A stretch of DNA of 64,000 nt from Oculina patagonica (Eukaryota). Numbering within the stretch: position 1 is the stretch's first letter; each line of letters begins with the position of its first letter. The stretch is taken from NCBI RefSeq assembly GCF_052425735.1, contig NC_135767.1, positions 4,154,001 to 4,218,000 of the forward strand, written 5' to 3'. Under the pieces are notes generated by a model, which saw only the letters and a program-made list of their open reading frames with translations, ran no database searches and had not been told where the DNA came from. Both the position numbers and the translations under genes were made by a program. Positions 12,836-26,956 of the stretch are shown piece by piece.

Positions 12836-15800
12836 GTCTTATTGGTTCTTTTAGCCCAATGTTACGAAAACAAGTGACGTTTTTCATTCTGCTACTTATT
12901 ACTTAGTACTTGATACATAAAAACGTGCATTGATAGAACAACTTTCAGTTGACAGCCTAATGCACTTATTTGTTTGCTTACTGATGTGCGCTTAGCTGAG
13001 CCAGATTTGTTCAATTAGTTTCAGAGTGCAAAGATCTAACCAATCAGAGAAGACGTAGTGTTTTCTTAAACCAATCAGAAGCAGAAGCGTTTGCAAACGT
13101 GACTTGGCGTTCGCCCATTTTCCCGCCGTTGGCACCAGCTGCGTGTTTGCGAATCAAGTTTTGATTGGTTCATGGCATTATTTGTGTTTTGCTGTGATTG
13201 GTCAGGACTGCACACTTCAGTTGGCATTAGAAAACCGCCAAAACCACCGTGAAAGTAGAGGTTTTAGAGAAACATAGTCTATCATCCAAACAGACTTAAA
13301 TTCCAAAACACTGCACCTACATTGCAAAACAGTGTATATACTAACTGTAAACGTGAATCTTTGCACGAAGACAAGATTATCAATTCGCTCATGTCTAGTC
13401 AAGAAAACAGACTTAGAGATTAAGTGGTTTTAGACTCGATAATTTTTTTTTATGACAGCGTTGTCGTTTGCAAATATATAATAATAAGGATATAAAATGG
13501 CGACATTTTGAGATCGATCGCAGATCAGAAACGAATTACAAGTGATGCTGTGTACAAACTCTGGAGATTTGTAATGGAACCAACTTAAAAAATGCACTGG
13601 TTTATGTTTCCCAAACGTTACAGCTAAAAACTGAAGAGAAAAATGGGTTTAACCGCCTTAACGAGGCGAAATTGTAATAGGTTCAGGTTAAAGAAGGTGA
13701 AGTATAAAAGAATGTATTTAGTAGATGAAAACAAAAATAACTTCGAGATCAGGGACTAAAAGGTGTAACACTCTGTTCAACTGATAAAGACATCGTGAAT
13801 TTTCTTAAGTCGTTTTTATCCAGTAAACGTCTCGCCGACAATGAACAATTATGACTCAGTCATTTTATAACAATATATCTCTTTGTATAAAGGCCACACG
13901 TATACTAAAAGCAAATCTTTGAGGAGCCGGCGATTTTTCCAGTAATTCCTTAGATTAAATTTTGTCACGTACAGCTACATGTAACATCCATTGAATATGA
14001 TAAGCCAAATTTCTGGTATCGAAAATACACGCTGTAGGGAATTGACTGTACTGTTCGATATGTAAGGTCTGTTTCTAATAGTCGACAAGTCGTTTGCACA
14101 GGGTTTCTTGAAAAAAATTAAAAACCCTCTCCATCTTCATTCTTGCCAATACCGCCTAACTTAACAAATGCGTGGAGAGACATTAGGAGAAATGTCCAAA
14201 AATGGAGTCCAGCTGTGGAGAGTTTAGGTTGCTTTGAACGAGATATAGTCTTTATAATGTTTAGGTGTTTGAAAATTAATTTAAAATTCAATGTCAGATC
14301 GTAAATCAGAGTTAAGTGGACATTTCCGTTTACACTGAAGCCATTTTCACCTCGTGGTTCAAATTGCACAAGCAAATTCCATCCGAATTAATTCACGAAA
14401 ACGAGCAACCGTACAAGAAAGCAGTGTTTTGAATCATGGCTTATTGTACAGCCTGCGAAGAATTGCAATGTACAGAATTTCTGGCGTATCGGGTCTTTTT
14501 TGCGGCGATAGCTTTGTCGGTGAAGGCAGATAACTGGTATCACTCTTCGTTCGCCAGCAGTAAAACGAACAACAGAGATAAAATATGTCGGGGTATAAAT
14601 TAAATTTCAGTGAACACTGGTCTGATATCGATGTCGGAATGGCTGGTTATGAAGAGGTCAGGGCGATAACAATCGTTTGATGCACACATTGAAGTTTATC
14701 ATGCTTTGCACATGGTCAAGTGTTTCCGTTGTTTATGGAACTGTTCAATTCTTCATTAAACATACAAGTGGTGATGTACACGGAATTGAGTGAAGTAAAA
14801 AGATTTTCGAGTCCACCAAAAGAGCTTTGCAGACTTTATAGTAACATAATCGTTAAGAAACGATTTCCTCTTTAACTCGATAAAGAGATATCTAAATCTG
14901 TTGAGCATTTTCAAGAGCGCGGAAAAATTCGCGAAATCGTATGATAAGCGATTGCCTTACAGATAAGCCGAAACTCATCCACCGAGCTATTTGTTTTAAA
15001 CGGTTGTCGTCATTTAATCGAAGAATTTCTTGAACTGAAAGCATTTACTTCGATGTGTATTCAACGCAGGAATTAATCGCAAGTTAATAAGTCGCGGTAA
15101 CACACAGTAGGTCAGTAGTTAAATCAGTTATCTGAGTCCCGCGTGCTATCTGCCTTTTCCTCCTTTCTAGACCGAGATGGGAGAAGATTAAAACGATCTC
15201 GATGTTCCCGAAGGTTAACTTCCCACGATGGTCATTGAGTTAAGAGCACAGAAAACTCGCCTAATTTGTCAAAACTGTGTACATCCTTGTTAGTTAATAG
15301 GTCGGGGGTACACGATTCTTGCCTTATCTTGTGATAAACAAGCAAAGTCAGGCAATGGCGGCTTGCGCGCTGGCACTGAACCAATGTAATCTATGAAATC
15401 TGTCGAGTTTGGTCTACCACGCAAGCGTTAAAAATGCAATTTCGCCATAAAAAAACATTGCGCGGATATTCAAGCGAACGTGCTTCGGTGAGCGTTCCTA
15501 TCCACACCCGGACGCGAGCCATTTTGACTAGAAACACAAGACGAAACGGAGCGAGCTGAGATGAGGCTTTCCATCTTAGACGCGTGGCTGCAATTAACAC
15601 GTTTAAATGCTTTTAAAAATATCCCGAACGGCTTGCGTGAGACAGGCTGAGTTTTCCCGTAAGTTAATTGAGGGGTGTATTTAATCCTATTTAGTTTCCT
15701 CAGCCTTTTACTTTAGATCAGAAAGAAACCCGTTTCTGAGCCGAAAATGCTTTCAGTTCAGACATGGGGCATTTATAAAGATCCTTAGCAGGGAATTTAG

Positions 15801-18800
15801 CTGGCTGGGCCAACTACGTTTACAACCACTTGAAAACATAAGTGAATCCAGGTATCTCAGTGAAAACAAGTCGGTATTTCAATGACTCTCTCTGAACCTT
15901 CAACCCAAAAATGGTTTTAAATCAGATTTATCGGACAATCTAAGATACAGGCTTATTTCTCAGCCGCAGAGAGGCTGTCATTTAGCATTAGGAATGCGAG
16001 CTATTCCATTAGCAAATTCTGTTAGGAAAAAATCTTCGGCTAAACTGCGATCAGGACCTAAACATCCCTTTATAATAAGCGGAGGACTGACTCGCAAACC
16101 CCAAGCTTTAACCCGATTTTTGAAAGTGTCAGCAGTTTTTGAATCTTTGGTCGCGCTGATAAACTAAAACCAATATCGGTATAAATTCGAAGTGTAAAAG
16201 ATATGTAATCATTCCCTTTGATCAGAATAAATGTTTGTTCACTTGATACATGCGAATCCACTTGTAGGTTTATCTTCGTTGAGAATTCGCTAAGACTATT
16301 AAAAAGCAAACAGCAAAAGCAATAGGCTTGGTTAGACATAGCTTTTCTCAAAATCATTTTCTTGCTAACCTGTTCAATTTTCACCTAACGATGCACAGCA
16401 CAAGTGAAAGAGAAAGTGGACTTTGCTCCAGTAATTTGAAGGAGTTAACTTCAGGAATAGTCTGACACTCCGTGCTTTGCAAAAATGCCAACGTTTTAAG
16501 ATTGAAGATCGACTTTTGTGATAGCTAGCATTTAATCTACATCCGGAAATTGTGTTCCGTGAACACAATCCATGGCTTTCATTGCGTGATAACCTAAAGA
16601 AAACTATTTTTCTTTCCCACTCAGTGGCTAAAAATTTAACTTCTCATTTTGTGGCCGTATCAATGTAGCTGTAGTGACGCATTCCCTAAACTGCGTTCTT
16701 TTTTCAGCTCCGCGCACGGCCGATTTGTTGATAGTATACGGGTGTTGATAATCAGGTATTGTACCGCTGTCACACTTGCAGCTTTCACCGGGTTAGGATA
16801 GAGGTTTCAAAGAAGTATAAACTTAGCAAAAGAGCCTTTTCTTGCGTTTCTGTGGCTAAGCGCGACAAACCACGAAACCCTTTTTGCGCGCGCAGAAAGC
16901 CCTCTAAGGGATCACTGTTTGTGACAGCTTGGCTCAACTCAAGGCCAGAGGTTGTTATGCTCACCTTAGAATTCCTTATGTTTCAGTCCAATTTCTCAGT
17001 CACAGGCGGCCGCTGAAGTGCTTGGCTGAATCACTCCACTAGCACAGAGCTTAGGAAGGGCTGTTTATAGTTCTTGTAGTGATCGCAGATCTCTGCTCAT
17101 GCACGGGACGATATGTCAAAACATTTGATATTAACCATCACGCTGTCGGTTCCTTTTAAACATACGAGACGTAAAAGCTATTAAAATTGGCGACATTTTG
17201 AATCGTAAGTGTGGCTTTCATTCAAAGCCTTGACAGACATCTGATAAATCCAGCTATATGAAATAAACTTATGCTTTCCAAATAAGGCTGTGTATCACCC
17301 TCAAACCATTCCTTCGATTGCGCTCATTTTCTCATAAACGTTTCACTGCGACATTAACAAATCAAGATAAAAAGGTCAAGGCTGCTTATCTTAGTATAAA
17401 AGAGCCCCACTTTTCCGACGCGATAATTTGTTGTTTGCTTTGCACAAAAGGTGTGCTTCAACGGAGCTTTTAAAAATCGTTCAAGGCGCTGTTTAGCTTA
17501 GTTCCTTGTATACATGCCCAAGGAAATTGTGCTAAAGCCTTGGACGCGAGTATGAAACACTTTTGCCAAAAACAGGTGCTTTCTGGCCTCGCTTCAGGCA
17601 ATCCTTGATGGAAACCCCGCAAAGGACCGCATATACCTTTCTAGACATATTGCTTTGATAACATCAATGGCACTGTCGAATCACTTTCATCTGATCTGAA
17701 GCGCTAAAGAAACGCGAACGCGCCAAGTTTGTATAAACAGTTGAAGCCCACATGTGCGTGAGATAACAGGCATGTTTCCCTCTCACCTTTATACACAGTG
17801 TAACTTTTGAGGTCACCCTGAAAATGATACTGTTTCATATGTGAGCTAATGTACAACTTATGTTCCATCCGAGCACGCAAGTCTTGTCTCGTGTCAAAAT
17901 CAAACTATAATAGTTTCACTTATTTTAAATGGTTGGTATTTAAATAGCGAAATCACCCCATTAGTAATAATATGCATTTTTAAGACTTCCCGAGGCGTGA
18001 CTGCTTAATATCATTTCAGGCAGTGAATATTGGAACATTAAATATTACATCTGCTAGAAGTTATTCTGAGCTCGCAAACTAACATCGCACAACTGATAAA
18101 AAGGCGTATTTTAACCCGTAAACACCCAAGACAACAACATCTAGCATCAACTACCAGTTTCTCCCCACATTGTTAATACAATACCAAGTAGACTTGTGAT
18201 GAGAAGTACTAAATTTGTCAACTTTGGGCCGGGTCACTATCTCACTATCTTCAATGATGTACCGCGAAATTTTCAGTAATAAAATCAAAAAGAAATATTT
18301 TTTAGTCAAAAATGAAACTGACTTTCTCGAGTTTGAGACCAAACCTTTTTCAAGACCAAATAATTAATTAGGATGCGAAAACACAAAGTTCAGACAATTC
18401 GAGAAAGCTAATGTAAACAAAATTGAAAAAATAGAATGTGGGTTATTTTGGAAAAACGGAAGTATTTGACTAGCCTTTTCGAAAACAATTAAAATTAGAC
18501 TTCCCTAGGAAGCAGGTACTCATCCCACTTATAGTCGAACTGGCTGCTTACTAATTACAATTTTGTCCCGCATAATTAGAACTAGAAAAACGTGTTTCGC
18601 AGAAACGTGCGAGGGTAGGATGGGGTACATTTTTAAGCGTAAAGATAGAGTTTTCTTTTGAAGAAGGCTAAACATAATTTAGTTGAGCGCGAGTTGAATA
18701 AAATATTTACGTGATTGAACCTATATCAAACACTTAGAAGAACGCAAATAACTCGTTTAAAATACTGGCTTTTTTGGCATCTTCCCGAAAACTAGCGTAT

Positions 18801-21800
18801 GTACCTACTTCTAAGTGAACTTGACTTTAAGACAAAATTACTGAATCATTATGACGGTCATTTCTGAGAAAATAAATTTCGTTATAGGCGGCGTTTTGGG
18901 AGCGGCAAGCCCATAACACTGACGTAACGATCTGTCTTATCGTTCATTATAACTGCCGCTTATGACGTCAAAAAATGAATTTAGCTTTTCTCGTGACTTT
19001 AACATTTTTGGGTCAAATGAAACGTAAATGAAAACTAATTGCTGTTTAATAATTAAAGTTTATTTGTACTGACGTAAATTTCTTGAGTACGAACGTAAGT
19101 TGTTTGTACTGAGTTAAAGCTCAGTTTTGCGCGCGAAAAATTGTATGAATGAACGGCTACGGCAATAAGTTATTTTTAGGTGCGCCATTTCGTTCATGGT
19201 CTGTCCCCTTAGAATTGTACGCTCTATGTGCGGAAACAGTTACACGTATATATATATATTCAAACTTTCGCAGACTCAAGTCTTCCAAGTTTGTTTTTCT
19301 AATTGATTTAGGCGCACAAGCTAGTTAAATTGACGCCCGTGGGTTTGTAAAATTGTGTGTTGGCCGTAATACAGATACAAATTTTAAAAGAAATTAATTC
19401 ACAACTTTATCTGAAAGTGAAGACCAGTGAAGTAGCGAATGATGATGAAACAAAAGAATTGCTTCAACTTAACCTTTTCCCACTTAACTTGTTCAAGAAT
19501 TTGCGTCTTTACACGAGATTCTTCTAACAAGCGCTTCGCTTACTATGACAAAAACTGTTATAAATCAAAGAACTTTACACAAACTTTGGTACTTACCTTA
19601 GAAATGTATATATACTTCTAAGAAGCCAAGAAAGTGTTGAATTTCGATTCTGTACGTGAGTAAACCAGACAAGTATTGCAAAGTTACAAGTGCAGCGATG
19701 TTAAGTGCAAAATTCGAACCAATCACAGGCAAGTATTTTGAGACGACATTGTTTTGTTTGTACAATAGCGGGAGCTGAGCACTGCTTTTCCTGAATGGAG
19801 TCCTGAATGCATGGTTAATGTTCCAGCTCTGGTATCACGTGACTAGTGTACCTCGTTTTCGCGATTTTGTCGCTCGCACGCGAGACCTAAAGCCTGAGCC
19901 TGCTTTTGCTGACTTGAAGTCATTTGATGAAAGCAAAAACCGCACCATTAGTATGGTTAACAGACTCAATAAGTCCAAGCGGAATGTTAATGAAAGGACA
20001 CTCAAATAGCTTGTAAAATCCCTTCTCGAGTTCTTGAATTGCAATTTCCTGCGCGCTTAACTGAGCAGAAAAAAACCGCAGAATTGCGTGATCACTTATT
20101 ATATTTCCTTCCTTTTCGATAAAAATCTTGTATACGCGTAGGCGGCCAGACGAAAACATCGGCTAATTTGAATCGTGCATTTCTTTGGCGTGAAAAAAGA
20201 AAGAAGAGAAAACAAGTTGGAAAGAAGCACACGACCAAAATTACGGCTGATTAATAGCTTTAATATGTAATTAATAGAGGACAATCTACGTCCTACTTCT
20301 AACAAGAATATCATAATAATCAATATCAACGCGCATTAACAAGAAGAAACAGCTGAAGAGCTGAATAAAGAGTTGAGTTTTGAACTGGATCGATTGCTGA
20401 ATTCTCGGAACTGACTTTTAAGGAAAGATATGGAAAACGAAAAGAAGAATCTATATTTTGATATTTTCAGTTTGCCACTCAAAAGGATTGTCAGAACACT
20501 ACCTTGTGTAAGTCACCTGCTACAGTCAATGGTTACCATAGCAACAGTACCCTCTTAGTTTGTCTACAGCCACTGATCCATAGCATCATGTGACTGATGC
20601 CGGTTTTTTGTCTATATAGGTCATAATTTATGACGAAAACTCTCATTTATTGACGTCACGATATGACGAACTTCCGTTGAGAGATGATTTGACAAAAATT
20701 TCCACGAACTTTGTAACTATATATGAAATAATGTTTCTTTGCTGTTATTGTAATCATTGCTTAGTTGTAGAGTTTTAAATTGAGTTTTTTATGTGCCAGG
20801 TTTATGTTGAAAAGTATGGACGAGGGGGGGGGCGGGCGGCGGGGACGAGGCAGACAAACGGCGAGGAGGGAGTGACAGCGAATACCAGTAATGATTTTGG
20901 TAAAAGCGCGGAAACGTTATAACTCTTAAAGTTTTTACTTAAGTATTTTACTTAATCATTTTACGAAGTGTTTTTGAATGGTGTAAAGTACTAGATTTAC
21001 ACCTTTATTGCAATAACGTTGTCATTGAAAAAATAAAGAATAAAAAAGGTAAATAGGAATTAATTAGCGTAGTTTCATAACTGGTAGCATTTACAGAAAA
21101 CTCAAGAGTTTTTATCTGCACACTTTGAGTCCACTTCTTTATGCTGTAACAAGATAAATTGATCTATTCGTATTTTGAGGCATTTTGAGGCCATTCGTAC
21201 GAATTTGACTTTTTCCTTTTTCCTTTCTTTTTATGTCGACTTTATTGTATTTAGGTGTATCTTCAAGAATAGAAATTTGCAATTAACTTAATGAAAGGCA
21301 GAGAAACACCAATAAGCTAAAATTATAAATCAGTATAAACAAAAAAGGAACAAAGATGGGAGTTACGATTGAGGAAAATTGAGACGGAACAGGAACAGTC
21401 TTCAAAACGTTAATTAACTCGTTGGTCTTAATATATAGACATATAAATAGTGCTTTGCCGGCACTGGCTCCAATATCTGTTTATAATCAAGAGGAAAGTG
21501 CGGAAATCATGTTCACGATGCTAACAGGCGGGTATTAAGATAGATACAACATGGAAACTTCGAGAATTATTAAAATCAGCTCTTGCGACATGAATCTAAA
21601 AAAAAACACTTTGTTTTGAACCTTTTATACAAATTTGGAACATTTCAAACAATGATACGAGCACCGACGAGATGATTGAAATAGTGTTAGATGAAATGCA
21701 GTGGAGACGTCAAGTTCTGAAATTCGCGTTCACTGCTAAGGGTCTGCTAAAGCAATTGTTGTAGAGATAAGAAAAATAGATATTGAAATGTCTTTGAGAA

Positions 21801-22543
21801 GACAAGATACGTGGTTTTCTCCGTAGCTACGATATTTAACGTATTTTGTCTGGATTGCTTGTTTTAAAAGAACACGAGGAACGGTCGATCTTTTCCACAT
21901 CTTTATTATGATGCACAACGTAGGCAATTTGGCTTCGGCCGGATGGTTTATTCCGATTGTGTTTTTCAGTGTCGGAATTTTAGTTTGAAAAATAGTGAAC
22001 TGCAGATTTGAGTTTTTAGTCTTGCTGAATAAAGTAAAAGATCGGCTTTTTTTTAGATAGAAACTAAATTACAGATGCCGGTTGTTTTTTCAGTTTGGAA
22101 AGGGTTACAGACTTTCCTTTTTCGCCAGGGACGGAGTCAGTATTATTTTGTCAGGGAAGTATGCGGCGATCCCATACATATTTTGAACTAGCGTCTGGAA
22201 CTTACAAATTTGTGACGTCATTATCAACTCTTCGCAATCAGTGATTTACCAGATTTAAAAATATCATTACTAGAAGGTTCTGACTAAATAAAACTTTGTG
22301 ATAATATATGGCAAGATCATTAGCAAGAAAAGGAAAACGTGTTTGTTCCTTCCTTTCCATATATCCTTCCTCTGGATCAAAATAAAACAAAGTATTTGCC
22401 ATACCCCCACATGTCTCCTGTTCCTCTAAATAATCTTTCGGCTTAATACCCATGTTTTCTGTTACACATACATTCCAGATTCCCCTACGATTTTGGCGGC
22501 CCCCAATCGCATTGTTCCCTGGTCACCCCTGTTCCAGCTCTTT

Positions 22544-23509
22544 AAGACTTTAGACGAGGCTAGAACTAGAACAGATTTGGTTTGATTCAAAATGATTTTC
22601 TGGCCGTGTTAGGAGCCAATAAATATGTTGCCCCTTCGGTCCCGCCGCAACGTCTCGAAAATTAGAAAAATAGGCATTTTTCGAGCCGCTGTCAAAAATT
22701 TCATTCGCATCAAACACCGACAATTTTTATATCAATTTGTTCATAAACATTTCAAGTTTTCTTAGAAAGTAGCAAGTTTCCCCTCGATTAATCTGGAAAT
22801 GCGAAATCAAGGATATAATGACCACTACTAATCGGCATCGAACAAGGGTTGAAAAATGACCTAGATTTAGAAGCAAATATTTCAATTTCGGGACCTAGCT
22901 GACGACTCTACTCGTTTCGGCTAAAATATGCAAAATCCCATGTACTTTTTCAGTATTTCAAAAGTTATGAGCGTTTGGATCAGCACATGTGCGCGTAATA
23001 ACGACGATATACTGAGCGGAAATTTCATTATTACCCGCACATGTGCTAATGCAAACGGTCATAACATTTGAAATACTGAAAACGTACATGGGATTTTGCA
23101 TATCTTAACCGATAAAGGACTACACTTTTCGGCTATGTAGAGTAGAGTTATCACCTAGATCCCGAAACTGAAATATTTGCTTGTAAAGTAAGGTCGTTTT
23201 TCAGCCTTCGTTCGATGCCGGTCAGTAGTGGTCATTATATCCTTGATTTCGCATTTCCAGGTAAATCGAGGGAAAACTTACTACTTTCTTAGAAAACTAA
23301 AAAATGTTTATGAACAAATTGATATAAAAATTGTCCGTGTTCGATGCGAATGAAATATTTTAAAGCGGCTCGAAAAATGCCAATTTTTCCAATTTTCGAG
23401 ACGTTGCGGCGGGCCCGAAGGGGCAATATATTTAATGGCTCCTAACGCGGCCAGAAAATCATTTTGAATCAAACCAAATCTGTTTTAGTTCTAGCCTTGG
23501 TAAAGTCTT
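22544..23509. mobile_element. ~965-bp foldback (palindromic) element with ~460-480-bp arms and a ~20-bp loop
   Basis: 22544-23003 is the reverse complement of ~23025-23509 along nearly its full length (e.g. cagatttggtttgattcaaaatgattttctggcc / ggccagaaaatcattttgaatcaaaccaaatctg). Confidence 0.92.
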
Positions 23510-24439
23510 TTAGTTGCCAGAGTTTCAGGCAAAATTATTTTTTGACGCGAATTTGAGTGGGTGTTTTTCAGAAAATTCCTATTTCCATGGAGTTTCTCAC
23601 CCCTCCACCTTTGTCTTCGATTCGACTTCCTCGATTGCTATGTTTAGATAACTGTTCCGGCCGGAATCCAATCCCTTTTTCTTGTACAACTCCCCGTTTT
23701 TTTTTTTTCATTTATGCGTAATTGCAGGAAATTACTTTTTCGAACCTTACCCTGTCTTGAACCTCGGATCTCTTGCTCAGAAGCGGTCTTTCTCATCCAC
23801 TTATCAACGTCAGCTGTTGAAAACTTAACACGTCCCAACTCTTTTTTGCTATCTTATCTTATTGGACCCAGGCTCAACTCGGCCGAATGTCCAAAGGTAT
23901 TTCCTAATGATTCAAAAATGACTTTTCTTAAACAAAGAAACGTCGTTTTTTTTTTAAAACCACTTTTTACAAAACCACTAACTAGCCTATTGTTATTACT
24001 GTAGCCTGCTTGCCGACCACAAAGTTCCTGCTTCGATTTTTGTCGCAGGAAGGATGTCCAGGCTTTGAATAAAAGAGGCTTCTTAACATCAACACAGGCA
24101 GTGGTTTAAATAAAAATTCACTGCACGTAGAGCAGTTTTCAATTGAGTGTGTAAAACCAAAACCAAAGAAGCATAAAAGGAAAGAAAAAAAAAAAAGGGG
24201 GGGGGGGAATATCAAGGAAGAAATAAACTGAACAAAGAACAAGATAACAAAGCCCTTTCAGAGAAAGGAAGCAGCGGAGACCGAAGGTTACCTATATTTT
24301 AGTATTGTTTTCAAGCATCGTCATCATTCTTACAGCTTTCAATCTAAAACTTCTCTTTAAACAAATATGAGAGAACATTTAAGCAATCTTTGTTAAATCA
24401 AGATTAGGGGCTTCGTTAATTTCTTGAGGTGCCTTCATG

Positions 24440-24700
24440 TCGAGCCAAGTGGCCCTTACAGCTGGAGCTTATCCCGGTTTCCGTAGCATTAAGCGACTAG
24501 TAGTATTTCTACTCTCCCCTGGATGGGATACTTGTCCATCACAGGGTTACCCGGCAGCGTTTTCTTTTGCCGCTACCCATTTATACACATGGGCGAAGAA
24601 GAGTAGGCACTGTGAAAGGTAAACGTAAAGTGTCTTACTAAAGACGCAATGTGCCCGGCTAGGGCTCGAACCCAGACCAATCTACCACCATTAGGCTACT
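24440..24700 (-). mobile_element. tRNA-derived SINE
   Basis: B-box-like GGTTCGAGCCC on the minus strand (24662-24672), followed by a body (agacacttta...cacagtgcct...) shared with 27707-27940 and 44660-44912. Confidence 0.65.
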
Positions 24701-26258
24701 TTTGTTGCCTCAGCGCTGTTTTTACAAAGTAAAAAAAAATTGAAGTTGTAGCCACACGAGGAGCTGCTCCCTTTTGGTATACAAAGAATTTACCATCATC
24801 AGATATCTTTCGCGACAAAGAGTTGATACCGAAGTCAGAGAATCGAAGATAATGCGCAAAACACTCAGCAAAAACTTATTTTACTCAAAAGAAAAAAATA
24901 TCATTCGACTGTTCGTACCACTGTAAATTTGACAAAAGGCTCTTGTACCCTGAAAATGGCTGAAAGAAACATAGATACCGCCTTAACGAAGCTGAATATT
25001 TATAACAACCGTTACCAAAGTCAATCTAGCAAGGCAATTTCAAATCTTGGAGCCTGTGGCCATACCGATAGAACTACACTGAACTGGGTATGAATGGTAA
25101 GGCTGTGGCGCTACGCTCGACTTTCGCGCCAAAGGTGAGTTCACCGCAGGCTGCCAAGCCAGTTGTATAAATTCAAAGATGGCGGCTGGTGGTGGGCGAT
25201 TTGAAAACGCAGTTGTTGTTGCAAATTTTAAAGAACTGCTGCAATTCGAGACATTCAAAGCGCTACTAGGAATTCAGATAAATGACTTGTAAGACTTTTG
25301 GAGCAAATTTACGCGCAAGAAATAATTTTGACGGTATTTACAAGCCGCAAAGAAAGGTCACATCAGCTAGCCATGTGGGCAAACGGAGAGTTGAGCGACT
25401 GGTCGATTTTACTTTTCTTTTACAGCCCTTTGCTTCTCATTGCAGGTGAATTCAGTATCAAAGCAACAAAGGTACGTCGTAAATTTGATTTTCGAAGTTT
25501 CTTTTGTTCATTTTTGTGGCTGTTGTAAATTATGTCTGTGCAGTAGGTAGCGACAAAATACCTTTTTGTTTGAAAAGTAGGCAAACGCGCCCGTTGTGCG
25601 AAATACAGAGTTTGTATGGGAATTTCAGAGATTTCGATGTCAAATAATTTTCACAAAATTGAATGTGTCCAAATGTTTTTGTAGAAAAGGGCTAAAATAA
25701 CATTAAAACTACTTAGAAGTTACTGATAGCACTACGAATCAAATATAAACTTGAGCAAAGTTTGTCTGCATTTGACTCGAACCTTTTATATTTGGGTTAC
25801 ATCTGATTGATTCTGTGACTTTGGCGGACTAGAAAAGTAAGCCTCCTCGAATTCTACTACACATGGGCTCAGCTTTAACATGGAATTATGCACACTTCAT
25901 TAAAGTCGTGACAGTAAATTCGATAAAAGGTTCCTTTTAAATACCGTTAAAACAATAAGGAGGCGGAGGGTTAACTTTATTTCCACTTAATGTAAGAATT
26001 TATAAATTATTTTATACAATGTACCATGTTTTCATAAGAATTTTAAGAATTTAAAAACTCACAATATATGAATTTTACTTTAAATCATTTTGATTATTTG
26101 ACATATTTCTTTGACACTTTAATTACATAGAAATATACCTAGCCATACGGCTAGTTTATAGATATCCCATGGCTAGTTAACAGATATCTTTATAAATAAA
26201 ACTGTAAATTTTTAACTGTACACTGTACAAAAAGGCTCCCATCCCGATTGCCACACCC

Positions 26259-26507
26259 TCATGCTCCTTCTTCAAGCTCTTCTTGAGAATCCAGATTTTT
26301 GTTGGCAGCAAACTTGAAGTATGCCTTTAATGAAAGGTGGTCTGATGGGAAAAACTCATTTGGCAGACCAGTGTATGGTGTGATCACTGCTGGGGTGACT
26401 GTTTCCAATGCTGCCGTAGCCTCCAGGTTTATGGAGTCGAACCAGATGTAGTCCAGGGTCCACACATGTCCTGGTCCTTCATGATTAGTACATTGAGGCT
26501 CAGCTCC
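26259..26507 (-). CDS. CCR4/Angel/PDE12-like EEP phosphoesterase, last coding exon
   Basis: ttttag acceptor; GAEPQCTN...WTLDYIWF...LPNEFFPSDHLSLKAYFKF...stop, containing the TLDY and PSDH catalytic motifs. AATAAA on the minus strand at 25981-25976. Confidence 0.93.
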   Translation of the reverse strand, partial: GAEPQCTNHEGPGHVWTLDYIWFDSINLEATAALETVTPAVITPYTGLPNEFFPSDHLSLKAYFKFAANKNLDSQEELEEGA

Positions 26508-26771
26508 CTAAAATGTAACAATATTATTCCATGAGCATGCGTTGGATATGAGATTGTAGAAAAGCTAATCAGGTGCGTAGCGCCAAGTTGGTTATAACTG
26601 GGTGGCCTATGGTGATAGCCCTGATGCTTGCATGCATCGTACATGCTTTTTATAGCTGTTGCAACAAGCTGCTTCTTGCTTGCTGCCACCTATACTGTAG
26701 TTTTTTAAAATGATTTTTGTTGTGAAATATTAATACATACAGTAAGCAATTTTAATCCATATATCACTCAC

Positions 26772-26864
26772 CAGAATGCTTTTGTAAGCACTTTGCAGGT
26801 TCCCAAGTGGATTACAGATTTCTGCCTTGGTCCTATCTAAAAGTGATGCCTGATCTGGTAACAG
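26772..26864 (-). CDS. EEP phosphoesterase, coding exon 4 (93 nt)
   Basis: atacag acceptor and gtgagt donor, phase 0/0; LLPDQASLL...NPLGNLQSAYKSIL contains the LxSAY motif of the family. Confidence 0.88.
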
Positions 26865-26956
26865 CTGTATGGTAAAAACAAAGTGCAAATGAAAGATTAA
26901 CTAGTATCTTGTTTTTCAGTGACTTTTATCCTTTGGGAGGAGCAGTAGCTTAATGG

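Noticed and set aside
26429-26689. 86-aa ORF as an alternative exon of the EEP gene
   Set aside because: Poor polypyrimidine tract, out of frame with the last exon, and the five-exon model is already complete.
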